DNA of 49,281 nt, from assembly GCA_964429355.1 (NCBI GenBank), contig CAYSCH010000016.1, positions 1-49,281 of the forward strand. Direction: 5' to 3'. The first letter of the stretch is position 1, and the number at the start of each line of letters is the position of its first letter. The stretch comes from an uncultured Planctomycetaceae bacterium. Its GTDB lineage: Bacteria > Planctomycetota > Planctomycetia > Pirellulales > Thermoguttaceae. This document shows positions 1 to 9,757 of this stretch, piece by piece. The notes beneath the pieces were generated by a model. It worked only from the letters and a program-made list of their open reading frames with translations, made no database searches and had not been told where the DNA came from. A program made the translations under genes and the position numbers.

Positions 1-46
1 GGCTGCACGGAGATCAAGTACTCATTCTTATGTCCCGACTGACGTC

Positions 47-2188
47 ATGTCTCCTACCGATCTCTCACTGGTCACCCCCGACTACTCACCGGGCGAGGCC
101 GCATGGTTCTTCGCCGTGCTTGCGGTTGCCGTCCTCCTGCCCGGCCGCGCCCTCCGCAGGCAATTCGGTCTGAGCAGCGGGGATCTCTGGCACCGCTGGG
201 CTCTCAGCTCGGTTTTGGGCGTGCTCTGGACCAGTCTGCTGTACTTCGCACTGGCCGCCTGCCATGGGCAGAGCTACCATTTGGCTCTCTCACCGCTCCC
301 CTGGGTGATCGATCTGATCCGCACGGGGCGGACGTGCCTATTTCGTGTCAGGCGAGGGCTGAGGTTCCGGCCGATTTCGGTGCGTTCCGAACGGCCCGTC
401 CTGTTGGGCCTCGTGCTCGCTGCGGCACTGGCCGCCGGCTACTTCGTGCGAACGGCTGCCCTGGTCCGTCCCGATGGGACCGGGCTTCGGCTCTACGGTG
501 CCTTCTTCAGCGACAAACTGACCAATATGTCGCCGTGTGCGGCCCTGCGTTACGGCATTCCGCCGGCGGCACTGCGGATCTCGGGTTACAGCTTTCCGAG
601 CCATTACTTCCCGCACCTGCTGGTGGCCGCATTCGACGTCGGCGCGGGCATCGATTACCTGGACGGGTTCTGGTTCTACGTGGCCACGTTCGGGGTCTTC
701 GTGCGCTCGCTGACCGTATTGGCCTTCGCGCGCCGGCTGCTGGGATCGCCCTGGCTGGCCTGCCTGGCACTTGCGTTGTTCGGACTCTGGCGATTCAGCC
801 CCCAGGACAAGACGCTCGATTTGTCGTTCACCCTGCTGCTGCTGGCGATTTACGCGCTCGATCTCTACCGCTGCTCGCACCGCTGGCGCTGGCTTGTTGT
901 CTGTGTGGCGATGATCGCCGCCATGCCGTTTTACGAGGTTTTCACATGTGCGGCGGTGCTCGGAGGGCTGGCTGTCTGGGCCGCAGCCAGTGTGCTCACA
1001 TCATGGGGCAAGTACGTATCTCAGAACCGCGAAAGAGGCCTGCCACCGGCGGAAAACAACCGGCTCGGCAACGGCCTTGGGATCGGCTCTGAAATGGTCC
1101 TTCGGTCTACGGTCGCAACGGTCGCCTGCCTGGGAGCGGTGCTCGCGGTTCGCATGTTATACTTCGGCGCCGAGCTGGCATCGCCTCCGGAGCTGAAATT
1201 CAAGAACGTCTATCGCCAGTCCTACAAGCACGAATGGCGCGACCTGCTGCTCGAACCCAGCCCGCCCGAGTGGATCGCTCAGCTCTACGCCTGGAAACGG
1301 GGGAAACCGGTCTCCGAGGTCGCCGACCTGGCGGGCGACGAGGCCCCCGGTTTCCTTGAGCGTCTGGTGGGTGAAGTTGTCTACAACGTGGGTTTTGTCG
1401 GCTATTTCATTCTTCGATTTGTCAACCTGGGTCTGTTCGGCTTGATTGCCCTTGTCACATGGCGTCGGGAGAAGCACTGGAACAGGACCATTGCCTTGAT
1501 TGCGTCGATCGCTGCGGTCGGCTTTGCTGTTCCGTGTGTCATCGTCTGGGGGCACACGGCCGAGGGGCAGTGGTGGGAGACCCCGAATATCTACCGGCTC
1601 ACGACCTGTGGGTGGATGCTGCTGGCGATTATCGGCACCGGCACCCTGGTCCACGCCGTCGGCCAGATCCGTCATCCCCGCTGGTGGATTCCCCTGGCCA
1701 TTGCCGCCTGGCAGTTGTGGATGGTGACGACCGCCTATCTGGAACAACCGGCAAGTTTCCACCATGTGCCGACGGCCCGGCTCGAGGCGCTTGCCTTCCT
1801 ACGGACCTGCGTCCCTCCCGGGGAGGTTGTGTTACACCCCTGGGCCCACGATCTGATCCGCAGGGACACTCGGCCCGATGAAGTCGCCTGGGTTTACAAA
1901 CGCCACTTCACGCTGGCGAGCAACCTGGCCGGTTGCCAGATGTTCTACGAAGGGCGTGAAGACCACCTGTTCATCAACGGTTTCGTCAGTGCCGAGGAGG
2001 TCTATCGCCGCCGCCGGCTGCGGGATCGGTTCTACGCAACTCCTGATCAGGAAACGGTCCGAGAAGTCATCGAGAATGGACAAGTCCGGTGGATTGTGGC
2101 CGATGTTGAGTTTCCGGCCCCCAGAACGGTGGTCGAATCCTGGCAGTTGCGGTTCGAGAGCGGCGCGATAAGTGTGTATTCACGATAA
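47..2188 (+). CDS. Polytopic integral membrane protein, function unknown (possibly a GT-C-like glycosyltransferase)
   Basis: ATG-initiated 713-aa ORF. It has many hydrophobic helices (AWFFAVLAVAVLLPG, VLLGLVLAAALAAGYF, GFWFYVATFGVFVRSLTVLAF, LVVCVAMIAAMPFYEVF and others), then a soluble C-terminal domain of about 150 aa. Family not recognised with certainty. Confidence 0.6.
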   Translation: MSPTDLSLVTPDYSPGEAAWFFAVLAVAVLLPGRALRRQFGLSSGDLWHRWALSSVLGVLWTSLLYFALAACHGQSYHLALSPLPWVIDLIRTGRTCLFRVRRGLRFRPISVRSERPVLLGLVLAAALAAGYFVRTAALVRPDGTGLRLYGAFFSDKLTNMSPCAALRYGIPPAALRISGYSFPSHYFPHLLVAAFDVGAGIDYLDGFWFYVATFGVFVRSLTVLAFARRLLGSPWLACLALALFGLWRFSPQDKTLDLSFTLLLLAIYALDLYRCSHRWRWLVVCVAMIAAMPFYEVFTCAAVLGGLAVWAAASVLTSWGKYVSQNRERGLPPAENNRLGNGLGIGSEMVLRSTVATVACLGAVLAVRMLYFGAELASPPELKFKNVYRQSYKHEWRDLLLEPSPPEWIAQLYAWKRGKPVSEVADLAGDEAPGFLERLVGEVVYNVGFVGYFILRFVNLGLFGLIALVTWRREKHWNRTIALIASIAAVGFAVPCVIVWGHTAEGQWWETPNIYRLTTCGWMLLAIIGTGTLVHAVGQIRHPRWWIPLAIAAWQLWMVTTAYLEQPASFHHVPTARLEALAFLRTCVPPGEVVLHPWAHDLIRRDTRPDEVAWVYKRHFTLASNLAGCQMFYEGREDHLFINGFVSAEEVYRRRRLRDRFYATPDQETVREVIENGQVRWIVADVEFPAPRTVVESWQLRFESGAISVYSR

Positions 2189-2207
2189 AGCGATCGTGAA
2201 GTATACT
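2179..2207 (+). promoter_or_regulatory. Candidate sigma-70-type promoter TTCACG-N17-TATACT, overlapped by the perfect 12-bp palindrome GAAGTATACTTC (2198-2209)
   Basis: Read directly from the sequence. It lies about 60 nt upstream of the DUF4160 ATG in an otherwise GC-rich context. No experimental support. Confidence 0.3.
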
Positions 2208-2266
2208 TCGATAGAACTTTCGTTGTGGGCAATCGGTCAGAACAGGGCACATGCGAGGGACGCAAC

Positions 2267-2524
2267 ATGCCTGAGATCTCTCGGTTTCTCGGAATCAACA
2301 TTCGTCTCTATTACCGAGACCCGGGACCGGCTCACATTCATGCGGAATACGGCGATTATGAGGTCACGCTCGGTATAGGAAACGGAATCGTTTCGGGCAC
2401 ATTTCCCCGCCGGGCCTTGACTGCTTTGCTCGAATGGTACGACCTGCACGAACACGAGTTGCAGACAGCCGCTCAGCAGGCGGCCGAGGAATGCCAGCTC
2501 GATCGCATCGAGCCGTTGGAGTAG
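2267..2524 (+). CDS. DUF4160-family small protein
   Basis: MPEISRFLGINIRLYYRDPGPAHIHAEYGDYEV... matches the DUF4160 pattern (MP.ISRF.GI.I.MY..DH.PPH.HAEYGE.EA). The ATG at 2267 is preceded by GAGGGA. The ORF-track start at 2225 is a GTG and less likely. Confidence 0.8.
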   Translation: MPEISRFLGINIRLYYRDPGPAHIHAEYGDYEVTLGIGNGIVSGTFPRRALTALLEWYDLHEHELQTAAQQAAEECQLDRIEPLE

Positions 2525-2525
2525 A

Positions 2526-2762
2526 ATGATGTTTTTGCACGTGGTCCGAGCCGAATACGTTGCCGACTATCGCATTCATCTCTGGTTCAACGACTCCTCC
2601 GATGGGCCGGTGGATCTGGCTCCGGCCCTCAACGGTGCGGTTTTCGAGCGACTCAAGGACGTGGCCTTCTTCCGGCAGTTTCGCATCGAGGGGCACACGG
2701 TTGCCTGGGAGAACGGCGCCGACTTCGCCCCCGAATACCTCCAGGAGTTCCTCCGCCCGTAG
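2526..2762 (+). CDS. DUF2442-family small protein
   Basis: VVRAEYVADYRIHLWFNDSSDGPVDL...FERLKDVAFFRQFRIEGHTVAWENGADFAPEYL is typical of DUF2442. The start lies 1 nt after the DUF4160 stop, with GGAG 5 nt upstream, so the two are translationally coupled. Confidence 0.8.
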   Translation: MMFLHVVRAEYVADYRIHLWFNDSSDGPVDLAPALNGAVFERLKDVAFFRQFRIEGHTVAWENGADFAPEYLQEFLRP

Positions 2763-2853
2763 GACAGGTCTGACAAAGTCCGCACGCAAGGCACGCTCGA
2801 AGGCTATTTGGATCCGGAAGAGAGCTACGAACAAGCCTGACGCGATCTGTGTG

Positions 2854-5226
2854 TCATCGGGCGGGAGCCGCTGAACCTGTCTGCACCGGTGGAAGCGTTT
2901 CGGGGCGTATCCCCGGCGGATCCGCGGTCGGCAGCGGTGCCTGCCAGCGGCGGGCCACGTTGGACTCGATCACCGGTTCGGCGGCACCGGCAAACTCGAC
3001 GGGACTGCGTACCAGACCGGCAATCGAGAAGGCCTCGTCGTTCAGTTCGACCGTCCTTAGCGTTGCGTCGGTCCAATGGGCGATCCTGGCCTCGGGCGTC
3101 ACCAGCGCCCCTTCGCCCGTCCAGTAGATCGCTTTGGCCAGCGAGGCCGGAGCAGCGGGGCCAACGAACGCCAGCAGGGCTCCCGACGGGGGTGGCTCAA
3201 ACACACAGAGTTGAGCGTTCACGGAGATCGTGCCGGGCTTGTTGGACTGACCGGAATCGTGGATTTCGAGGACGGAAGAAGCCTGGCGAAGGGTCACATT
3301 CTTGAGCGCAAGGCCCAGCGGTTCATCCACCGGCGGTGCGTGATCCAGTCGGACGAGCGGCCCCGGCCCGAGATGGAGAACGTTGTTGCACTCGATTGTG
3401 AGCGCGGCGGCCGTCTGCGCATCGACGACCGCATCGACTTGAGAGAACACACAGTCGCTCACCGACAGCTTGCCCGAGGGCAAGCTCAAGCTGCTCCGAT
3501 CGACCGGAAACACCCATCCGACGGCCGCACAATCGTTTGCCGGGCCGCCAACCGCCCGAAAGGTGCACCGCAGGAACCGGATCTGGCCGGCCTCTACCCG
3601 AAGTATCGCTGCCGGCGCGTTATCCAGACGACTTGCCGGTTCAGGTTGCCAGACGAAATCCAGCCCCTCGAACAAGAGATCGTCGCGACTTACGACCAGT
3701 GGTGATCCGCGGACGAGCACTGTGGCTCGCCCCCCGGGCGGGCCGCTCACTCGCATGCCGCTGGCCAGTTGCGATGTGTCGAGCGTCACCGGTCCGTCGG
3801 AGGAAAGGACCAGTTTGGGCTGGCTGGGCGGTGACTGAGTCGCTGCGGTGGAGGGCGGCTCTTCTCCTGGCCCGACAGCCGACGGTTCGTGCTCTGGAAT
3901 CTCGGGCACAGTTGGCGATGTCGTTTGGGGCAAACCATTCCGATTCGCCTGGCCCGACTTCGACGGCGACCCGATTGCCCACAGCACGGCCACAAACGCC
4001 ACGAGTGCCATGCCGACGGCCGCTACCGGCCATACGGCCCGCGCGGCCAACGCGTTTCGGGAAGAGGGAACGTGAAGCGGGGGCGATCCGCTGGCCGGTT
4101 TTGCCCAACGGGCAACCGCCACTCGGCCGGCCGGTGTGGGGGGACCGAGCCGTTTGGCCAACTCAGATGCCGAACCCGGCCGCCTTTTCCGATCTCGTGC
4201 GACACAGTCGCCGACGGCTCGGGCCAAGTCTTCCGGGGCGTCGGGGGCCAAGCTGCGCACGTCGACCGGCTCTTCCATGAGGTGAGCCCGCAGTTTGCCC
4301 AACGAATCGCCGCCGGCAAAACAGGCCCGGCCTGTGAGCAGATGCCACCACAGGCAACCACATCCATAGAGGTCGGTAGTCTGGTCGGCCAATGCCCCAC
4401 CCTCGATCCGTTCAGGAGCCAGCGAATCGTAGTATTCGGGGGCGAGATCCGTATGGGCAAATCCCTCGGCCGGACGAGCGATCGGCCGCAGGCCCGGTGC
4501 GAGCAGGAGCGTGCGACCTTTGTCGGTCAAAACGAGCGATCTGGCGGAAACGTCCCCGTGAGGCAATCCGGCCCGCTCGAGATGAACCAGTGCCGCTACC
4601 ATTTGGCGGGCGATTTCCAGCACGACAGGCGGCGGCATCCGGCCATGGCGAACGATATGCTCCGCGGCGGTCAGCCCCGCCTCGGCCCGCATCGCGGTCC
4701 AGATTCGCTTCCCCTCGCGGCCGCACTCGACCACCGGAGCCAGGCCGGCCGTGGCAAGTTCCCGGCCGCGCAAGGTCAGTGCGGCCAAGGCATCGACCGG
4801 GCCCTGGTCGTCTTCGTCGGCCAACCCTTCGATTACGATCAGCTCGGCTGCCTCGCCCGACGCCACATGCCGGGCGGCAAACCGCTGCGCGTAGCCCAGC
4901 GACGAGAGCTTTGCCGCGAGCACGTAGGGGCCAAGTCGCAAATCCGGCCCCCGCCCTGCGTTGATTTGGGCGGCCTGGTAGGGAGTGAGCCGCCGTGTCT
5001 GGAGCAGTGTATCGATCCAGATCGACTGGAATCGGGGCAGGTCGTGTCCGAGCCGCCGCATGCGTCTTTCCACCGCGCGGATTGTCCCCGTGTCGGCCAA
5101 TCCCAGCCGATCGAGCAACTCCATCAGTTCACTCGGAAGACTCGCCGACATCATCCCATCCCGCCCCAGAAGGTTCCCCAACGGCTGACCATGGCTGCGT
5201 TTCTGGCTCGCCCAGCCCTCATTCAC
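2854..5226 (-). CDS. Membrane-anchored Ser/Thr-kinase-like protein (predicted pseudokinase) with an extracytoplasmic beta-helix-like domain
   Basis: The N-terminal LTPYQAAQINAGRG...LGPYVL module and kinase subdomains are recognisable (HGD at res 223-225, APE, DLYGCGCLWWHLLTG). One TM helix (VWPVAAVGMALVAFVAVLWAI) is followed by a 370-aa C-terminal domain. The start is uncertain: GTG at 5226 or ATG at 5154. Confidence 0.7.
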   Translation of the reverse strand: MNEGWASQKRSHGQPLGNLLGRDGMMSASLPSELMELLDRLGLADTGTIRAVERRMRRLGHDLPRFQSIWIDTLLQTRRLTPYQAAQINAGRGPDLRLGPYVLAAKLSSLGYAQRFAARHVASGEAAELIVIEGLADEDDQGPVDALAALTLRGRELATAGLAPVVECGREGKRIWTAMRAEAGLTAAEHIVRHGRMPPPVVLEIARQMVAALVHLERAGLPHGDVSARSLVLTDKGRTLLLAPGLRPIARPAEGFAHTDLAPEYYDSLAPERIEGGALADQTTDLYGCGCLWWHLLTGRACFAGGDSLGKLRAHLMEEPVDVRSLAPDAPEDLARAVGDCVARDRKRRPGSASELAKRLGPPTPAGRVAVARWAKPASGSPPLHVPSSRNALAARAVWPVAAVGMALVAFVAVLWAIGSPSKSGQANRNGLPQTTSPTVPEIPEHEPSAVGPGEEPPSTAATQSPPSQPKLVLSSDGPVTLDTSQLASGMRVSGPPGGRATVLVRGSPLVVSRDDLLFEGLDFVWQPEPASRLDNAPAAILRVEAGQIRFLRCTFRAVGGPANDCAAVGWVFPVDRSSLSLPSGKLSVSDCVFSQVDAVVDAQTAAALTIECNNVLHLGPGPLVRLDHAPPVDEPLGLALKNVTLRQASSVLEIHDSGQSNKPGTISVNAQLCVFEPPPSGALLAFVGPAAPASLAKAIYWTGEGALVTPEARIAHWTDATLRTVELNDEAFSIAGLVRSPVEFAGAAEPVIESNVARRWQAPLPTADPPGIRPETLPPVQTGSAAPAR

Positions 5227-5409
5227 TCCTCGGTGCTATCACATTCCGCCTCAACGGACAAGGCCAGAGCCCGCTGCCCATATTGCCAAAACATGTGTCG
5301 CGCGGTATCACCGGTCACGGACTGGAGGGACAAACGCATCGCCGGGTCCTCTGCGTCCGCTGAACGATTGTCCTGACCGCGTCTCCTTAACCCCGACAAC
5401 TCTCCTCCC

Positions 5410-6534
5410 ATGCCTGATCCACGACTCGAGAAACTAGCCGATGTCCTTGTGTCTTACTCGACGGCCGTCAAGCCGGGCGAACTCGTGCGAATCAACGGTT
5501 CGACGATTGCTCAGCCGCTGGCCGTGGCCATCTATCGGGCCGTGATCAAGGCGGGCGGACATCCCCATGTGCGGCTTGTGCCCGATGAATGTGCCGAAAT
5601 CAAACTCGACCTGGCCTGCGAAGCGCAACTACTCTACGAGGATCCGCTGGAATTGGAGGCGGTTGATCGCTGCGACGTTTCCATCGGCATCTGGGCCCAG
5701 GAGAACACGAAGGCCCTCAGCGGCACCGATCCCAAGCGGCAAGCGATGGTGAGCCAGGGCCGGAAGAGTTACGTCAACCGTTTCCTTCAACGGGCGAGCG
5801 AAGGCAGCTTGCGTTGGACCGGAACCCAGTTCCCCTGCCACTCGTCGGCCCAGGACGCGCAGATGTCGCTGGCCGCCTACGAAGAATTTGTCTTTTCAGC
5901 CGGCAAACTGGCTTTTTCGGAACCGGCCGCCGAATGGCGCACCACCAGCCAGCAGCAACAGCGGGTCGTCGAGTACCTGAACGGGGTCCGCGAGGTCCGT
6001 TTCACCACGCCTGGCGGAACGGACCTGACAGTGGGTGTCGAGGGCCGTACGTGGATCAACTGCGACGGGCATGAGAACTTCCCCGACGGCGAAGTCTTTA
6101 CCGGCCCGATCGAGGATGCCACCCGGGGCGTGGTCTACTACAGCTTTCCCGCGGTTCACGGGGGGCGGGAGTGCGACGGGATCCGGCTGGAATTTCGCGA
6201 CGGCCGCGTTGTCGACGCCTCCGCGCAGCGAGGCGAGGAGTTTCTGATTGCCATGCTCGACCAGGACGCGGGAGCACGCGTGTTGGGCGAGATTGCCCTG
6301 GGAACCAACTACTCGGTGCAGCAGTACACGAAGAACACGCTGTTCGACGAGAAGATCGGGGGCACCTTTCACGCTGCCGTGGGTGCCGCCTATCCCGAGA
6401 CAGGCGGCAAGAACGAGTCCGGCCTTCACTGGGATATGGTCTGCGATCTCCGCACCGGGGGCCAGATCCTGGCGGACGGCGAAGTGATCAGCATCAACGG
6501 CCGTTTTGTGGACGCGACCTGGCCGCAGCCGTGA
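5410..6534 (+). CDS. Aminopeptidase, peptidase family M29 (AmpS/PepS/aminopeptidase T-like)
   Basis: 374 aa. The N-terminus LEKLADVLVSYSTAVKPGELVRI, the internal PDGEVFTGP and the C-terminal GGKNESGLHWDMV are characteristic of M29 aminopeptidases. Confidence 0.8.
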   Translation: MPDPRLEKLADVLVSYSTAVKPGELVRINGSTIAQPLAVAIYRAVIKAGGHPHVRLVPDECAEIKLDLACEAQLLYEDPLELEAVDRCDVSIGIWAQENTKALSGTDPKRQAMVSQGRKSYVNRFLQRASEGSLRWTGTQFPCHSSAQDAQMSLAAYEEFVFSAGKLAFSEPAAEWRTTSQQQQRVVEYLNGVREVRFTTPGGTDLTVGVEGRTWINCDGHENFPDGEVFTGPIEDATRGVVYYSFPAVHGGRECDGIRLEFRDGRVVDASAQRGEEFLIAMLDQDAGARVLGEIALGTNYSVQQYTKNTLFDEKIGGTFHAAVGAAYPETGGKNESGLHWDMVCDLRTGGQILADGEVISINGRFVDATWPQP

Positions 6535-6652
6535 CGGGTTGAGGCCGAAATGGTCCTACGGTGACGGTGTGGACAATCTGTCGGCACTCTGCACTGTCTG
6601 GCAAGCAAGCTGGCCCATGGAGGCATGGGGTCGCCGGTCCAGATAACGGGCT

Positions 6653-9600
6653 TTATTTTGCCTGCTGGAGGGTGAACGGTTCGAACAGCCCGTAGTCCAG
6701 TGTGTGGTACGCGCTGCCCGCGGGGGGGCCGGTTTCCGGTCCCTGCTGGAAGGCATTGGGCCATGCTCGCCCGACCATTTCGCCCGCGTGGTGGGGTCCG
6801 AGCATGTTCTTGAGCGTGCCGATGACGACGACTTCGATGGTGTTCTTGCCCTGCTGAATGTGATCGGTCACGTCCAATTCCCAGGGCTGGAAGGCGATAT
6901 GACCGGCTGGCTTGCCGTTGACGACCACCTTGGCCACACTGCCGTACCACTTGGGAAGGTTGACTACGAACTTGCCATCCACCTGTGCCACGTCGAACTG
7001 CTGGCTGTAGGAAACGCTGTGGCTGTACAACGGCATGCCCTGGGCCTTCCATGAGCCCAGTTCCAGCGGTTTGGCCGGCTTGATCACGAAGCCTGACTCG
7101 GCCGGTTCGACGGCGAAATCACCGATCACGTAGGCCGGCTCCAACTCGTGCCAGATCGTCAAGGGCGACGCTGCAATGGCAACCACGTTTTCGCCGACCT
7201 TTGCCACCTTGCCCAGATCGATCCGTCCAAAGGCCTTGTCGAGCCACCAGGCGTCTTTCGCAGCCTCGACCGGTTGGTCGTTGCAGGTGATCGTGTACAG
7301 GTCAGGCCGTTCGATGACGATTTCCAGCGACTCGTGAACACTCCCTTCAATCGTAAACCGATAGCTGGCGGAGAACCCGCTGTCGGCCGGGAAGGTCTTG
7401 GTGATCAGCTCGTCGCCGAACTGGACGGCGCTGCTCCAAGGATTTCCGTCGGGCAGAGCGTGTTTCTGGAAGATCGTCTGCGCCGCTTTGAAAGCGTATA
7501 TGTTCTTGTGGCTCTGGCCGCCGACCTCGAGATCGACGTAGTCGAGGGTGAGCACGTTGGGATCGAGGCGACGGATGGCCAGGCTATCGGGCGACGGAAT
7601 GACCGGCGAGCTTTTTGGGGCCCCGGATTTTTCTGATCCGGCCCCTTGATCGGACAGGAACAGGAGCAGGCTTCCACAAGGAGGAAGGGCAAAATCGGCG
7701 TGCGAAACGGCGCCATCCTTGCGAACTGAATAGGAGGATGCAGCAGCGGTATGCAGGTTCCACTGCTGGATCGAACCGGCATGCGTTTGAATGGATCCGC
7801 CGCAGGGCGACTCGATGCTCGTATTGACAAGCAGCACGAACTGCCCGTCGTCGACTGTGCGGCGATGATGAAAGAGGATCCCCTGGTCACCGTCGTTCTG
7901 CGTGACTTGGAAGTCCTTGCCGCCGAGGTCTCGCAGCACACCGGCGAGATCCGCCGCCTCGAAGGTCTTCAGGCCCGGTTGGCCGGTCAGGCTTTCAGGG
8001 GCAGTCGATTGGCTCCCATCGACCCGTGCGGGCATGGGGCCGCAGCAAAGGAGCCGGCCGCCGCCGCGGCAATAGGCACTGAGCAGTTCGAGAGTTTTGC
8101 TCTGCAGGTTGTCGGTGTCGGGCGGGAGGACTACCGTGTGATAGCTCCGCTGGCCCACCACGAACCGATCGCCTTCGACCGAACCATGGCGGCCGATGAT
8201 ATCTTCGCAACCCAGGTCGAATTCGACTTGCGCCTTGGCCAGATCGGTGACCAGCTTTTGGAACCGCTCGCCCAGCGGGCCGAGTTTTTGGGCATCGCCC
8301 TGGATCATCCAAGCCGAAGTGGTTGGCTCCAGGACCAGGATCTCGTTGATCTGCTTGCCCTGCGACATGACGAGGGAGAGCCGCGTGAAGTACTCGGCCA
8401 TGACGTGGTAGGAGTCCCACCAGGGTTCATGGTAGGAGAACGACTGCGGATGGTCGCGTTTTCTGGCGCCTCGGATGGTGATGTAGGAAAGGTGCTCGTC
8501 GAGGGTGTTGACGCCCAGCACGTAGAGCCAGTCGCCGATCCGTTTCATGTCTTCGAAGCGCAGGTCCCAGCCGCCGGCCCCGTAGGCCTCGCACAAGGTC
8601 CGCTGGCAGCCCATCTGGTTGGCTACGCTGGCCAGTTCGAGGACGGCCCGCACGTTGCCGAACTGGGCGTTGGGTCCTTCCTGGTAGTCGTTCATGAGCG
8701 TGTCGATCGACGGTCGTTGGTGCCAGGCATACATGGCCATGTTGTCGCCGCCGTGCCCGGCGTCGGGCCAGCCGTGCTCCCAGTAGTGGCCGGTGAACTC
8801 GATGCCATGCTTCTCGCAGTAGTCGTGGCAAGGTTTGGCCCAGCGCTCGATGAACTGTTCGAGGAGCAGTTGATAGTAGTTGTGGCGAACCCGCTTCCAA
8901 TCGCCCACGGGGCGCACCAGGCTGGGGAGATTCTCGACCAAGCTGTAGCCCCAGCGTTTCTCAAAGAGCTCCGGCAGACCGGGCGTCCAGTGGAATCCGC
9001 CAGCCGGGGCCAGGTGCGGCTCGTCGGTGAACCAGCCGGGCATCCGCTTGCCGAACTGGTCGCCGATCTGGCGGCGATAGGCCTCCATGGTGACGTCGAT
9101 GAACTTCTCCGTCACACCCGGGTGGAGCAAGTCCACGTAGAACCGCCCGCCGAACCAACCGCCGGTGGGCGAGAGCGAGTAGGAGCAGACGAGGTACGGC
9201 CCCTTGGGGAGCTGCTCACCGGTCTTGACCCGAGCGGTCAGGTTTTCGTATTTCTCTCCGTCGATACGGAACAGGGCGATCAGGTTTTCGCTCGCGGCCG
9301 GCGCCTCGGCAACCTGCTGGATATCCAGCCGCTTGCCCCGTGCCTCGGGCATGGCCTCGGAAACGATCCCGCCGGCGAAACCGGACGGGTAGGAATTTTC
9401 GTCGTAGATCCAGATGTTCATGTCGAGCCGTTCCGCCTCGCGGAGGGCCACCTTCCAGAGCCGGAACCAATCGGCGCTCAGGTAGGGCGTCATCAGTCCG
9501 GGGCGAGGGTGGACAAAGGCCTGCTTGACCTTCTGCCCGGCCAGATCCTCCAGGGTCGAAACGATCTGCTGCTCGGTGAGCATGTCGTTCCAGACCCAGA

Positions 9601-9745
9601 GGGGAGCCGAAGCGTACTGGCGCGACGGGCTCTTGAACTGTTGGGCGATGGTGGCCGAGTCCTGCGCGGCTACGGGGGACAGGAATGGTGAAGCGAGCAC
9701 GACGGCGAGTATTACGGCAAGACGGAGTGGTGTTGACGTGAACAT
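6653..9745 (-). CDS. Secreted large glycoside-hydrolase-like protein (resembles the GH106 / jelly-roll glycosylhydrolase group)
   Basis: Signal peptide MFTSTPLRLAVILAVVLASPFLSPVAAQD. The N-terminal string FKSPSRQYASAPLWVWND...VHPRPGLMTPYLSADWF...IWIYDENSYPSGFAGG resembles this family. The C-terminus looks like a GH2-type sugar-binding jelly roll. Exact family not verified. Confidence 0.6.
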   Translation of the reverse strand: MFTSTPLRLAVILAVVLASPFLSPVAAQDSATIAQQFKSPSRQYASAPLWVWNDMLTEQQIVSTLEDLAGQKVKQAFVHPRPGLMTPYLSADWFRLWKVALREAERLDMNIWIYDENSYPSGFAGGIVSEAMPEARGKRLDIQQVAEAPAASENLIALFRIDGEKYENLTARVKTGEQLPKGPYLVCSYSLSPTGGWFGGRFYVDLLHPGVTEKFIDVTMEAYRRQIGDQFGKRMPGWFTDEPHLAPAGGFHWTPGLPELFEKRWGYSLVENLPSLVRPVGDWKRVRHNYYQLLLEQFIERWAKPCHDYCEKHGIEFTGHYWEHGWPDAGHGGDNMAMYAWHQRPSIDTLMNDYQEGPNAQFGNVRAVLELASVANQMGCQRTLCEAYGAGGWDLRFEDMKRIGDWLYVLGVNTLDEHLSYITIRGARKRDHPQSFSYHEPWWDSYHVMAEYFTRLSLVMSQGKQINEILVLEPTTSAWMIQGDAQKLGPLGERFQKLVTDLAKAQVEFDLGCEDIIGRHGSVEGDRFVVGQRSYHTVVLPPDTDNLQSKTLELLSAYCRGGGRLLCCGPMPARVDGSQSTAPESLTGQPGLKTFEAADLAGVLRDLGGKDFQVTQNDGDQGILFHHRRTVDDGQFVLLVNTSIESPCGGSIQTHAGSIQQWNLHTAAASSYSVRKDGAVSHADFALPPCGSLLLFLSDQGAGSEKSGAPKSSPVIPSPDSLAIRRLDPNVLTLDYVDLEVGGQSHKNIYAFKAAQTIFQKHALPDGNPWSSAVQFGDELITKTFPADSGFSASYRFTIEGSVHESLEIVIERPDLYTITCNDQPVEAAKDAWWLDKAFGRIDLGKVAKVGENVVAIAASPLTIWHELEPAYVIGDFAVEPAESGFVIKPAKPLELGSWKAQGMPLYSHSVSYSQQFDVAQVDGKFVVNLPKWYGSVAKVVVNGKPAGHIAFQPWELDVTDHIQQGKNTIEVVVIGTLKNMLGPHHAGEMVGRAWPNAFQQGPETGPPAGSAYHTLDYGLFEPFTLQQAK

Positions 9746-9757
9746 GATGTACCCTTC

